Below are positions 11,003-21,983 of a DNA stretch of 64,000 bases, piece by piece. Position numbers and translations under genes: made by a program. Numbering within the stretch: the stretch's first letter is position 1; every line of letters starts with the position of its first letter. This DNA comes from an uncultured Nitrososphaeraceae archaeon (GTDB lineage: Archaea > Thermoproteota > Nitrososphaeria > Nitrososphaerales > Nitrososphaeraceae): assembly GCA_963729045.1 (NCBI GenBank), contig CAVSMN010000011.1, forward strand, positions 1-64,000, in the 5' to 3' direction. The notes under the pieces are model-generated. The model searched no databases, had not been told where the DNA came from, and saw only the letters and a program-made list of their open reading frames with translations.

Positions 11003-11445
11003 TAATGATATTATTCCTGTATCCTATATCGAGATTATGTTACATTAAACTGAATTTGTTTTACATTAATTTGGTACCGAAAGAGGCAGATAATTAATGT
11101 AGTTTTATCTAATTGCAAATTCAGCATCAATGTCATATACAAAACATATATCTATGAATATTGTCTTAGGCAGTCCCTCATGTCATGATTTAGAAAAAAG
11201 CATAAATCCACGCACTTTGGTAATATTTTTCATTCACTCCTGAGATCTAATAAAAATATAATCTTCTAGGAAGCAGGATAGAAGACCGGCTTAGAAATAT
11301 TGTTTTTTGCCATAAAAGAACCACGACACTCGGTCATATTGAAAATTGAGTATGATTAATGAAATGTATTACTCCATTCAACTCCTTGCCCGTCATTTTC
11401 AACCCTGAGGACAGAAGTGAAGATGAAATTTAACTATTTTTGTAT

Positions 11446-11661
11446 CTATTCAACAACAGTTCCATTAATTGCTGTAGTGGAGTTCGCAGATGAGTCACTA
11501 ATTAAAACAGAATCGGTATTCGATTGATTCAGAGAAGCATCATCAATTGGCTGACCGTATGTGTCAGTTTGTATTGAATAATTATCTAATGATGACAGTA
11601 ACAATAGTATAAGTATCAAAGTAGGAATCATAGTCAAAGAACAAAAAGTCTTTAATTTCAT
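11446..11661 (-). CDS. Small secreted/membrane-anchored protein
   Basis: Hydrophobic N-terminus, S/T/N-rich tail with NxS/T sequons. Confidence 0.55.
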   Translation of the reverse strand: MKLKTFCSLTMIPTLILILLLLSSLDNYSIQTDTYGQPIDDASLNQSNTDSVLISDSSANSTTAINGTVVE

Positions 11662-11930
11662 ATTATTGATGCCACTTTATCCTTTAAAAATTTATTGTGG
11701 GAATTCAGTCTCTAACCTCAAAATTAAGAGTTCTTAAACCATTAGAGATCAAAGAGGTAGAATGTGGACAGATGGCATTACAAATCTAATCAATTAAGAA
11801 TTACCCAAATCGAAGGATTGTATTCGCTACATTTCATACTGGTTGTGATTTCAAAATCAAAATCAAAAACCTGTAATTATTTTTCAATTCCGTTCGGGTT
11901 TTGATCTTAAATTAGTTTGTTGATTAAGCG

Positions 11931-12443
11931 CTAGGATTTTCCATATTCTTCGAACGAAACCAGTTCGTGCATTGTCAACCTGTTCTTCTTTTTTGTTTTG
12001 CCATCGATTTTCTTTTTTGGATATCCAAATCCCACTACGATCACAGGTTTATAATCAATGGGTATAGCGAAATCCTTTCGTATCCGATCTTCTTCTATCC
12101 CTGTAAATAGAGCAGAACCGACACCGTAGTTCCAGGCAGCAAGCTGCATATTCTGCACCACTTTGCCAGCATCAATTAGATGAAAGCGAAAATAAGGATT
12201 AGTTAGAACAATTATTGCGAAATTAGCCCCGGAAATCCATTTACCGCTAGTGCTATCATTAGATAATTTCATCAGATTATTTTTATTCTGTATGACTATA
12301 AACCTCCAAGGTTGGGTATTTAGAGAACTACCAGTAAGCCTAGCTGATTCTAAAATTTTTAGCCTTATTTCTGATGAGACACTATTTTGATCATTAAATT
12401 CTCTAACCTCGAGTTTAGTTACTATACAATCATAAGCATCCAT
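11931..12443 (-). CDS. Nitroreductase family protein
   Basis: ILESARLTGSSLNTQPWRFIVI, DAGKVVQNMQLAAWNYGVGS, GFGYP; start chosen at MDAYD. Confidence 0.92.
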   Translation of the reverse strand: MDAYDCIVTKLEVREFNDQNSVSSEIRLKILESARLTGSSLNTQPWRFIVIQNKNNLMKLSNDSTSGKWISGANFAIIVLTNPYFRFHLIDAGKVVQNMQLAAWNYGVGSALFTGIEEDRIRKDFAIPIDYKPVIVVGFGYPKKKIDGKTKKKNRLTMHELVSFEEYGKS

Positions 12444-12991
12444 GTTATACCATCTATGATTGATCATATTAATCATTTCAGATAATTCTATAGATGAAAT
12501 TTTATGAAATATTTACATTCAATTAATGTAAAGATGAATCGAAGGTCTTCAAATAAGGGTAATTAACCATAGGTTATTTTTTATCACATTTCGGTATGAT
12601 CAAAGTACTAAATTCGATTTACTAAGGAATTTGAAAATCAGCTGATGATAAAACGGCTGTTTGGATCCAAACAATAAATAAATTATCCTTATTAATCAAA
12701 AACAATCTAGTTTTTTGTCAAAGAACTTAAAAATTATTTCTGGTTTTGACTAATGCTTACGGGAAAAAAGATTTGCTACAAGGAGTATTGGAATCAAATG
12801 ACCATTCATTCCTGCTTTACCATCAAGGATTATTCGATTAAATCAAAAGATGAAGAATGAAATAAATCAATTATGAAAGTCGACATGAAATAGTCTACCT
12901 CAAGTGCTGGGCATTGAGGTAAATAGAAAGCCAGAAGTGTATTCATAATGATTCAAAACTGAATTAAGCTACGACTGGACTGTACTTGACT

Positions 12992-13651
12992 CTATTGGCT
13001 CTGTCGATAATGAGGATTTATCCATTCAATAAAGCTGGCATAGTTTAAGGAGCGAGCATCCTCAAGATAATTGGAAAGGATCTTGATAAAATTAAATCCA
13101 TTGATAAGATCGAAACTCAACACAAGGTCGTGCAATTTACAGTCTACAACACTATGTGCATATTGTAGTGGTGATAATTTTCCAGAATATTCACAGTAGT
13201 TATATAGTCTGCCACCTCCAATCATTCTTTTCAAATTCATTTTCATTGCAATATCCTTTCTCCCTTGATACAATTTGTGACCTATTCCTCTATGTCTAAC
13301 TCGAGGATGAGTGGATATATCGGCCCCATAAAGAGTATCACCAGTTGGAAAATGGGTTGTAAGCATTCCATCCCCCGTAATACTCTTCCAAGTGTGGTCT
13401 ACATAGATAGGATTTAACTGAACAATTAGACTTGTAGCCGATCCCACAATCTTATTTTCAAGCTCAGCAACAATCTGACCCTCTGGGAATATATTCAGAT
13501 GGCTCCTTAATTCATCAGGATGCCAAATATTACCCATCTTTGCTAAATCAGCAAAAGATTCTTCCTGCAACTTTACGATTTCCGGAATATCATCTAACGT
13601 GGTGGGCCTAATTAAAACTGAATCCGAATCAAGTACATAAAATGAACTCAT
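12992..13651 (-). CDS. GNAT N-acetyltransferase (YkwB-like)
   Basis: HLNIFPEGQIVAE, GDTLYGADISTHPRVRHRGIG acetyl-CoA motif A. Confidence 0.88.
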   Translation of the reverse strand: MSSFYVLDSDSVLIRPTTLDDIPEIVKLQEESFADLAKMGNIWHPDELRSHLNIFPEGQIVAELENKIVGSATSLIVQLNPIYVDHTWKSITGDGMLTTHFPTGDTLYGADISTHPRVRHRGIGHKLYQGRKDIAMKMNLKRMIGGGRLYNYCEYSGKLSPLQYAHSVVDCKLHDLVLSFDLINGFNFIKILSNYLEDARSLNYASFIEWINPHYRQSQ

Positions 13652-14533
13652 TTATGCTTTATAGAATTACACTAAAGATTTAAATTTTTTTTATGCTTAA
13701 AGGGTTATTGGATTGGTGACGCACTACACTATGAATTCCGCACCAGTCAACACGAAATGGATTATTAGATTATTAGATTCCGAGAGCTTTTGGTATTTGA
13801 GAAATAACAAGTAGAAAGTGCACCAGCACCAAATTTCGGTATTACTATAGAATCAAATTCAAATTCACTCAAACAGCTGGAAACTCGGTGAACTTAGAAA
13901 CTTTCTTTCATACTTGAATGAATAGAATGTTATTTCACAGCAACATTAATCATAGTAGTTGCCTAGCTAAAAGCCTAAAAGTACCATGCCAAATAACCTA
14001 GTTATTCCACCTTCCAATTGGATTACTCAAAATATGTTGTAACGAATTCAGCAGCGACGTAAATTTTTAATCATTTGAATAAATGCACCTCTAATAAGAT
14101 CTCCCAATAACATCGTATAATATTAGAGTGGCCTAGGGTAACCTTGTGATATTATTAGTTTAGACTTTTGTAAAGAACTCACCTAATTCGACTATCAAGT
14201 CCTAAGAAATAGAATGTAGATGAAAAAATAATGCTATTTCAAAGGAAAACCAATTTATTATGCTAATTAATATTCACCAAATAATTACCTTTTCACATAA
14301 ATGCGATATAAATTAGATTGAAAAAATTAATCGATATCATTTAGAAGTAGGATGTGGAAGCTCAATAAAAGTAGAGAAACGCCTTTTTCCAAAATCTAAT
14401 TAACCCAACTATTCTTGATTTAATTATAAAAGTACGTACGGATTCTTTTAAGAGCCTAAGGATAATAAAATTACGATAAAAACAAGCATTAATAAGTTCA
14501 GAGTAAATTACTTATGTAGGCTAGGAATTATTA

Positions 14534-15412
14534 TTGAATGAGAGAGACTTTCAGGTAAATCCGTTTGTTGAAAGGTTTAATGAATATATTAATAAAATTA
14601 ATGAATCCTTATCGAGAGAAATAGAGTCTTATTCTTGGTCAGAATTTTATCTGCCACTTAAATATGCTTGCCAGGGTGGTAAACGAATTAGACCTTTGAT
14701 TTTAAATCTAGCAGCCGAAACTATTAACAATGACAATATTAGCTCCCTAAACTCAAAATCTAGGGAAAACATATTTGCTGTTTCTTCAGCAATCGAATTA
14801 CTACACACAGAATCAGTTATACATGATGATATTATTGATTCGGACAATATCAGGAGAGGCTTACCTTCTTTCCATGTAAAATATGGATATAATGCAAGTA
14901 TTCTCACAGCGGATTTCATTCTAGGTATCATATTAAATATAAGTGCCAAAACTAATAACAATCGCGTTACTCAAGAGCTATCTACAGCATCAATTAAAAT
15001 GAGCGAAGGTGAAATGCTTGAGTTACGACTAGTTAAGAACCATAAGATATCTCAAGAGGAATATATCACTGTCATCGAAAATAAAACGGCATCATTGTTT
15101 GAGGCTTCAGCTAAAATCGGTGCAATTTTGGCAAATGGGAACGAAGATCAAATCAATGCTCTTGCAAATTTCGGACGCCTTCTAGGTATTGCTTATCAGA
15201 TCCATGATGATTTGATTGATTATAACAATGAAGAAAGATTATTTAATATACTTGTCAAACAAAATGACGAGGACAATATATTTATCGAAATAATGGAGAA
15301 CACATATCTTAATTATTCGCACCTTGCCAAGAAAGAACTCGACGGCATAGAAAGTAATCATCATTCCAAAAAAATACTTCAGGATTTGACCAATCTTGGT
15401 TCATTTTCTTAA
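14534..15412 (+). CDS. Polyprenyl diphosphate synthase
   Basis: GGKRIRP, first Asp-rich HDDIID..RRG, KTASLF, second Asp-rich YQIHDDLID. Confidence 0.92.
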   Translation: MNERDFQVNPFVERFNEYINKINESLSREIESYSWSEFYLPLKYACQGGKRIRPLILNLAAETINNDNISSLNSKSRENIFAVSSAIELLHTESVIHDDIIDSDNIRRGLPSFHVKYGYNASILTADFILGIILNISAKTNNNRVTQELSTASIKMSEGEMLELRLVKNHKISQEEYITVIENKTASLFEASAKIGAILANGNEDQINALANFGRLLGIAYQIHDDLIDYNNEERLFNILVKQNDEDNIFIEIMENTYLNYSHLAKKELDGIESNHHSKKILQDLTNLGSFS

Positions 15413-15734
15413 CAAGCCTACTAACACTTTAGACTTAGTAACATGATTAATCCGTTATTAAAAACTCACCAAAGTAAATAACAAGAGTCAGTTTTTATGT
15501 ATTTATCGAAAAGCAGTTTGCTTATATTTCAATACTAATTAATAGTTGCGTTAGTAATCAAGCCCGCCCGAATTCTCTTAAACTCGAGTAGATATTCGAC
15601 CGGTATACTAACAATTATTTAAGAATTCTCGGTAATTAATCATAATATAATGTCTTTAGATCTAAATAGTATCGAATCTCTTTAGATTGTTACATGAAAA
15701 TGAAAATTCTTCACTTTTGAAGATGGAACTTATT

Positions 15735-16502
15735 TTATTTTAAAACTTTTCTTGCAAAACCTAGGTATGTCGTATGACCTATCATTCTCATCGATGGACG
15801 TGTTTTCCCTTCTCTGGCTTCTATTTTTCGGAGAAATGTCTCTACACAGTCCGAATCGATAAACCCACCGTGAAAGAAATGAGTTGCCAAGTTTTCCAAT
15901 TGATTCATTGTGGGACATATACAAACCACTGAGGCACCGCTCTTCATTGACGGATAAATAACATCCAAATAATTCCAAGGATCACCAAGATCGATTATGA
16001 CCAGATCTACATCCCGGATTTGATCTATTTTTGTGGGGTCATATATTGCCTGAGTCACGTAAGGTTCCATACCGGATTTTTCCAGATTCTTCTTTGCTAT
16101 GGACATAAAATCCTCATTAACATCAAATGTATAAATGTGACCTTCAGGCATAACAATACTTGCAAGAAATGTAGATAGTGCAGCACTCCCAGTGCCAATT
16201 TCTAATACTTTAGAGCCATTTCTCAGTCCTGTCCTTGCAGCAATATATCCGTAGTCCTTTGGATATACTATTTGTGTGGTTCTCTGAGACTTCATTACGA
16301 AATCATATGTATTCGGGGGCAAAAGATAAATTTTTTTATCTTTATTCGTCATGATGTGCGAACCATATTCCAAACCAATCGTAGAACCTGCGTCAATAAT
16401 TCCAAGGTGAGTATGTAATTTCTTTTCATTTTCAATCCGTATGAGCCATTTCTTATCACTGTTAAAAAAAAATAAGACAAAAGAGCCGTCTGATATTATC
16501 AA
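15735..16502 (-). CDS. trmI: tRNA (adenine57/58-N1)-methyltransferase
   Basis: TQIVYPKD, VLEIGTGSA, DLGDPW, RPSMRMIGHTTYL. Confidence 0.93.
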   Translation of the reverse strand: MIISDGSFVLFFFNSDKKWLIRIENEKKLHTHLGIIDAGSTIGLEYGSHIMTNKDKKIYLLPPNTYDFVMKSQRTTQIVYPKDYGYIAARTGLRNGSKVLEIGTGSAALSTFLASIVMPEGHIYTFDVNEDFMSIAKKNLEKSGMEPYVTQAIYDPTKIDQIRDVDLVIIDLGDPWNYLDVIYPSMKSGASVVCICPTMNQLENLATHFFHGGFIDSDCVETFLRKIEAREGKTRPSMRMIGHTTYLGFARKVLK

Positions 16503-16590
16503 GGATTTCTTTTGTTTATGTAGGGTTAAATATATATTATTTTAAGACTACACCAAAGGTTAATCTAATCATTTCCTTCTAATAACATTA

Positions 16591-17283
16591 ATGAAAATTG
16601 CTGTCGCTATTTACAACTCGAATTATTTGGTAGGAAATGTATCATGCTTAATCCTTTCTGTTTTAGTCATTTGTAATGTATGGGTTATTCTGGTAAATGA
16701 TGAATCGGTGTTTGGCTTAAAATTAGTACAATCACAATTGACTCAAGATCAAAACAAATTCCATCACATAATCGGTATAGCTCAAAATGATTTGAATATG
16801 ACATTAGATAACATTTTTGTACAGGCAATTATTTCAGGCGAAAATAATACCATATTAGGTAATTATAGCAATCAAGTTGCCGTACATCCTTTAAACCCAT
16901 CGGAAAAAACTCCGTTTGATGTTCTCATATATGATAAGAATCATAACAATCTAATCAAGAATTATACAATCGATTTTACATATGAAGGGACAAACACCAA
17001 CGAAAGGGACCTTGAAATACATTCTACAAGTTCCAGACTAGATGCAACTGGGTTTTACTATATAAGTGGTAGAATTACCAATAATATGAATACTACAGCG
17101 AATAGCACAACTATAATTGCAGCCCTAAATGACAGAAATAATGATCTAATTGGTATATGGAAAGCCCAATCAGAACCATACAATATACCGCCATTGTCAA
17201 CAGCTTCATTCACAGTTCCAGTAACAGATCGCTCGCAAGGATTTAATATCTACAATTATACACTATATTCAAATAATTCTTGA
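16591..17283 (+). CDS. Secreted protein with two FxLYD-like Ig domains
   Basis: N-terminal TM helix; repeated I.G...N ... L.P....PF pattern. Confidence 0.75.
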   Translation: MKIAVAIYNSNYLVGNVSCLILSVLVICNVWVILVNDESVFGLKLVQSQLTQDQNKFHHIIGIAQNDLNMTLDNIFVQAIISGENNTILGNYSNQVAVHPLNPSEKTPFDVLIYDKNHNNLIKNYTIDFTYEGTNTNERDLEIHSTSSRLDATGFYYISGRITNNMNTTANSTTIIAALNDRNNDLIGIWKAQSEPYNIPPLSTASFTVPVTDRSQGFNIYNYTLYSNNS

Positions 17284-17340
17284 TATTGTTTACTAGAAAC
17301 GAGATACAACAACGTAATATGGTAACAGAAAAAAAAGAGA

Positions 17341-17643
17341 TTATTCTGTTTGAGGATGCTTTAGTGAAAGCACATATTTTTCTATCTCATTAAATCGTAG
17401 CATCGCGTTCTCACTTTGCATTACCGGAGCAAAAGTCTCATCATGTTTGATTTTTTGCAAAACTTGAATAACCTCATCTATTGTGACTCCATGTTTAAGA
17501 TCATAATCCACCTGTTTGCAACAATTTGCTATGGTTCCATACCTTTTGTGCTGACGTTTTTCCCATATGCTAGCAGTTTCTGACAGGCCTGTAATAAATT
17601 TTTTAATAGTTTTTTCAACATGCTCCAAATGCCATTGCTTCAT
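17341..17643 (-). CDS. Hypothetical protein
   Basis: Likely start MKQWHLEHVEK; helical composition. Confidence 0.65.
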   Translation of the reverse strand: MKQWHLEHVEKTIKKFITGLSETASIWEKRQHKRYGTIANCCKQVDYDLKHGVTIDEVIQVLQKIKHDETFAPVMQSENAMLRFNEIEKYVLSLKHPQTE

Positions 17644-17751
17644 GGGAAAACTATTTTGGGTCAAAAAAATATCATTATATAGTACATCACACATACATAT
17701 AAGTGAAACTTGCATTTTTCAGGTTTTGGATATTAACAGATAAAGACCCCT

Positions 17752-18576
17752 ATGATAGATGATATAAACACTAATAAAAGCAAGTGTTTTCCACTTTACC
17801 CTCATCCTGTATTACTAATAGAGACCTCAGGTTTCAAGAATTTTTTAGCCATTTCAGATGTGCATGTTGGATTGGAAGACAAAATAAGAAGAAACGGTAT
17901 ATTAATTGACACCAGAAAAAATATAGATGAATTAATAAAGCTACTGACCAAAATTCATTCGGAAACTGGGGTTAAGGAATTAATCATCCTTGGTGATTTG
18001 AAATCATCCATAAGAATTATAACTAGAACGGAATGGGATAACGTTCCTTATTTTTTGGAATCATTATGTAAATTATTCAATATCTATCTTATTCCTGGTA
18101 ATCATGATGGTAATATTAAACAATTACTACCAGAAAATGTTAATCTAATGCGTTCGCAGGGAATGGAAATCAATAACATACTTTTTACACATGGTCACAT
18201 CCTCCCCCGAATTGGAATGAATGTGGAAAAGATCATCGTAGGACATTTGCATCCGATCATTCAAAAAGAAGGAAGTATTTTAAATGGTAACAAAATCTGG
18301 GTAAAAATCAAATTAACTAAAAAGCATTTTTTGGGAAGTAACAACAAAAAAGATACGAGAAACATTGAACTGATTATTATGCCTCATTTCAACAACATTT
18401 TAGACTACTATAGTAAGATAAATAGGAACATATCAGGGAAATGTGGAAAATCTAAATTGCCTTTATTAGATAATATGATAAATAAGCTAAACTGGTCAGT
18501 AGAGAAGGCTTTTTTGTTTACCATGGATGGATCGATCATTGGTTCGGAAGAAGAATTAACAGGGTTACTTTACTAG
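17752..18576 (+). CDS. Calcineurin-like metallophosphoesterase (COG1407-like)
   Basis: SDVHVG, GD, GNHD, HGH, GHLHP motifs. Confidence 0.9.
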   Translation: MIDDINTNKSKCFPLYPHPVLLIETSGFKNFLAISDVHVGLEDKIRRNGILIDTRKNIDELIKLLTKIHSETGVKELIILGDLKSSIRIITRTEWDNVPYFLESLCKLFNIYLIPGNHDGNIKQLLPENVNLMRSQGMEINNILFTHGHILPRIGMNVEKIIVGHLHPIIQKEGSILNGNKIWVKIKLTKKHFLGSNNKKDTRNIELIIMPHFNNILDYYSKINRNISGKCGKSKLPLLDNMINKLNWSVEKAFLFTMDGSIIGSEEELTGLLY

Positions 18577-18597
18577 GGACTTGTAAAAAGCATTTTT

Positions 18598-21500
18598 TTA
18601 ATAACTATCCATTGGTCTTACCGTCGGCTCATTATGCTTAGTCCACTCCAAAGTTTTCACGAATGAAATTGTACTTTCCACAGTCGTAAGAACCGGTACT
18701 CCCATTTCTACTGCTTTGCGTCGTATTTGATATTCATCATAAAGCATTCCAACATATTTTTCAATAGTGGATGTCGATGGTATGTTTACAATAAAATTAA
18801 TTTTCCTTTCAGTAAGGAGGGACAGTATATTTGGATGTCTTTCGGGTTCGCTAATTTTGTATACTAATTCCACATTCTTAATACCAGATTTCTTAAAATA
18901 TTCTGCAGTATGTTCAGTTGCTAATATTTTGAAACCTAACGCAGATATCAGTGAAACGATTGGAAGTAATTTTTCTTTGTTTTTGGTTCCTCCTATTGTA
19001 ATTAATGCTGCTCCTGTCAGTAGGTAAAGAATATCCTGCGGCCAGATATGATTTTGAAAGGGCATCATAAAATGAGTTCCCAAAACAGGCAACCTCCCCG
19101 GTTGACTGCATTTCTACTCCCAATACAATATCAGCTCCTTCCAACTGCATAAAAGAAAATTGTGGAACCTTGATTCCAAAGCCAGATTTCTTGAGCCAAT
19201 GTTCATTATCTATTGCTGGAAAATCATTGCCCAGAATGGATCCTGCCGCCAACTCGATTAGATTCAAGTCATAGAACTTTGATACAAAAGGCATTGAACG
19301 AGATGCCCTAACATTAGCTTCAATCACATAAACTTCATTATCCTTTACCAAGTATTGGATGTTCAGTGGACCTTTTACATTCAATGCTTTACCAATCTTA
19401 ACGGTATATTCAATTATGGTTTCCATTGTTTCCCGATTTAGTCGCCACGGGGGAATGCACATCATAGCATCACCTGAGTGGATTCCTGCGTTATCAATGT
19501 GCTCAATAATCGAACCGATTACAATTTCATTGGTGCCACCAATGGCATCAACTTCAACCTCTGACGCCTCTTCCAAAAATTTGCTTATTACTATTGGATA
19601 GTCAGGACTTACACTCGAAGCTTCCAAAATGAACTGCTCGAGTTGAGATTCACTCCAAATAACTTTCATGGCGGCACCACTTAAAACATATGACGGTCTT
19701 ACTAAGACAGGATATCCTTCTGTATTCGCAAATCTTTTAGATTCTTCCAAATTGGTAAACATTTTCCAAGGAGGCTGTTTTATTCCCAGCACATCTAATA
19801 AATGGCTAAATTTAGAACGATCCTCTGCATTATCCACGTCTTTACTGGACGTTCCTAGGATTTGGACATCATATTTACTCAATTTAGAAACTAGATTGTT
19901 TGCACTTTGTCCACCCACGCAAGCTACTAAACCTTTCGGATTCTCCTTTTCATATATATCTAGAACCCTTTCCAAAGTCAACTCTTCAAAGTATAATCTA
20001 TCCGGAACATCATAATCTGTGGAAACTGTTTCAGGGTTACAATTTATAATAGATATATTATTTACCCCATTCTTTCTTAGACCAAATACCATGTTGACAG
20101 TTGCCCAGTCAAATTCAACGCTACTCCCAATCCTGTATGGACCCGCTCCAAGGACTATTATAGACCGGTCTTCTTTAGCATTACCAAATGACAAGTCATC
20201 GGACTTGCCGTTGTATGTAAGGTACAAATAATTTGTTTTTGCAGGCCATTCAGCGGCCAAGGTATCAATTTGCTTTACTACAGGAGTTATTCCGAATTTT
20301 TTTCTAAACTCCCTAACTTGATCTTCTTGAAGATTCAAGCACCTACCAACTTGTTTATCAGAAAATCCTAGTTTTTTGGATTCTTCAATTAAATGTAAAT
20401 CAAATTTTGAATTTTTCAATTCATTCTCTTTGTCAATTACATTCTTGATTTTAATGAGAAACCAAGGATCAATAGATGAGAGTTTGTTTATCCTATCGAT
20501 ACTAAATCCAACCTTTATTGCTCTTACAACGTTGAAAATTATTTCATCGTCTGGGTGAATTAATGAGTATTCTATTTTTTCTATAACAGAGGTATCATGA
20601 TTAGCCTTTGAGTTTTCAATTTGTTTTGTTATGGATGCATATTCATCCTCATCCCCGTTATTTGCCACCAACCCGTCCTTGCCGATTTCACACATCCTGA
20701 TTGCTTTCTGTATAACTTCTTCAAAATTTTTCCCAATAGCCATCACTTCACCAACAGATTTCATCGCACTTCCCAATTTTCTTTTTACTAGCTCAAATTT
20801 CCTGAAATCCCATCGTGGCATTTTTACCACCATATAGTCCAATGCTGGCTCGAAACATGCTGAAGTCACTTTTGTGATTGTGTTTACAAGCTCAGGTAAC
20901 GTATATCCCAACCCTATTTTTGCTGCCATATATGCTAAGGGATAACCCGTGGCTTTGCTAGCGAGGGCCGATGATCGGGATAGGCGCGCATTAATTTCAA
21001 TAGCACAATATTCATCGGACGAAGGATTCAATCCGAATTGGATGTTACATTCTCCATTAATTTTACAATATGTTGTAGCTCTTAAGGCTGCGTCTCGCAG
21101 CATATGATATTCGCGATTATTCAGTGTTTGTGATGGGGCTACAACAATATTGTCTCCTGTATGGACTTTCATCCCCAAGACATTTTCCATATTGCAAATA
21201 ATCACGTTGTTTCCGACAGAGTCCCTCATTACCTCATATTCAATCTGCTTCCATTCTCCAACGTACTTTTCAATCAGAACCTGGTGAACCATACTCAGCG
21301 AAAGTCCTCGTTGAACTATTTCCTGCAAATCGTATTCATTATATGCCACACCACCTCCTCTTCCGCCTAGGGTATAGGCAACCCTTATTATCACAGGGAA
21401 GCCAATTTCCTTTGATACTCTCAGGGCTTCCTCATATGAATAAGCAGTAGCACTGTCAAGAACAGGAACGTTGCTTTTCACCATTGCATCCTTGAATTCC

Positions 21501-21917
21501 TGTCTATCTTCTGTTAACTTTATACCTTCAACTGAAGTATTTAGAACGTCGTACATCATATTTTCTAAGAACTTCACTTTCATATAGGTCGACTCCGCAG
21601 TTTAATGCAGTTTGACCACCAAAGCTTAGCATTATGGAATCAGGTCTTTCTATTTCGATAACCTGTTCAACAAAATTTCTATTTATTGGTAACAAATAAA
21701 CTTTGTCCGCAAATTTACTGTCTGTTTGAATAGTTGCAATGTTTGGATTAATTAAGACACTTGATATACCTTCCTCTTTCAAGGCCTTTAAGCATTGAGA
21801 ACCAGAGTAGTCGAAATGGCGGCCAGATATTTGATCTCAGCTTTCGCCCGCTTCTCCGATTTTTATTGCTCCGCTACCTAATACCAGGACCTTACGTATA
21901 TTCCTGTTTCGAGGCAT
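18598..21917 (-). CDS. carB: Carbamoyl-phosphate synthase large subunit; exon 1 21843-21917, candidate intron 21816-21842, 1-nt frameshifts at ~21552 and ~19021
   Basis: [64 protein letters not shown], second ATP-grasp half, C-terminal MGS domain. Confidence 0.95.
21816..21842 (-). other. Candidate bulge-helix-bulge mRNA intron (27 nt) in carB
   Basis: Insert AGCUGAGAUCAAAUAUCUGGCCGCCAU has an in-frame UGA. 4-bp helix GGCG/CGCC with bulges AAA and AUU; cutting after the 2nd bulge base rejoins GAA|UUC. Confidence 0.85.
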
Positions 21918-21983
21918 TAATTTTCATCACAAATGACATTTTAACTAAAATTATGAACATTCGGAATTAAATTTATATCTTTT

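Noticed and set aside
21837..21839. Selenocysteine or readthrough at the carB UGA
   Set aside because: Readthrough would leave 9 extra residues inside an invariant motif, whereas BHB excision restores it exactly.
21761..21970. Plus-strand 69-aa ORF over the carB 5' end
   Set aside because: Antisense shadow; the minus strand encodes the conserved CarB N-terminus.
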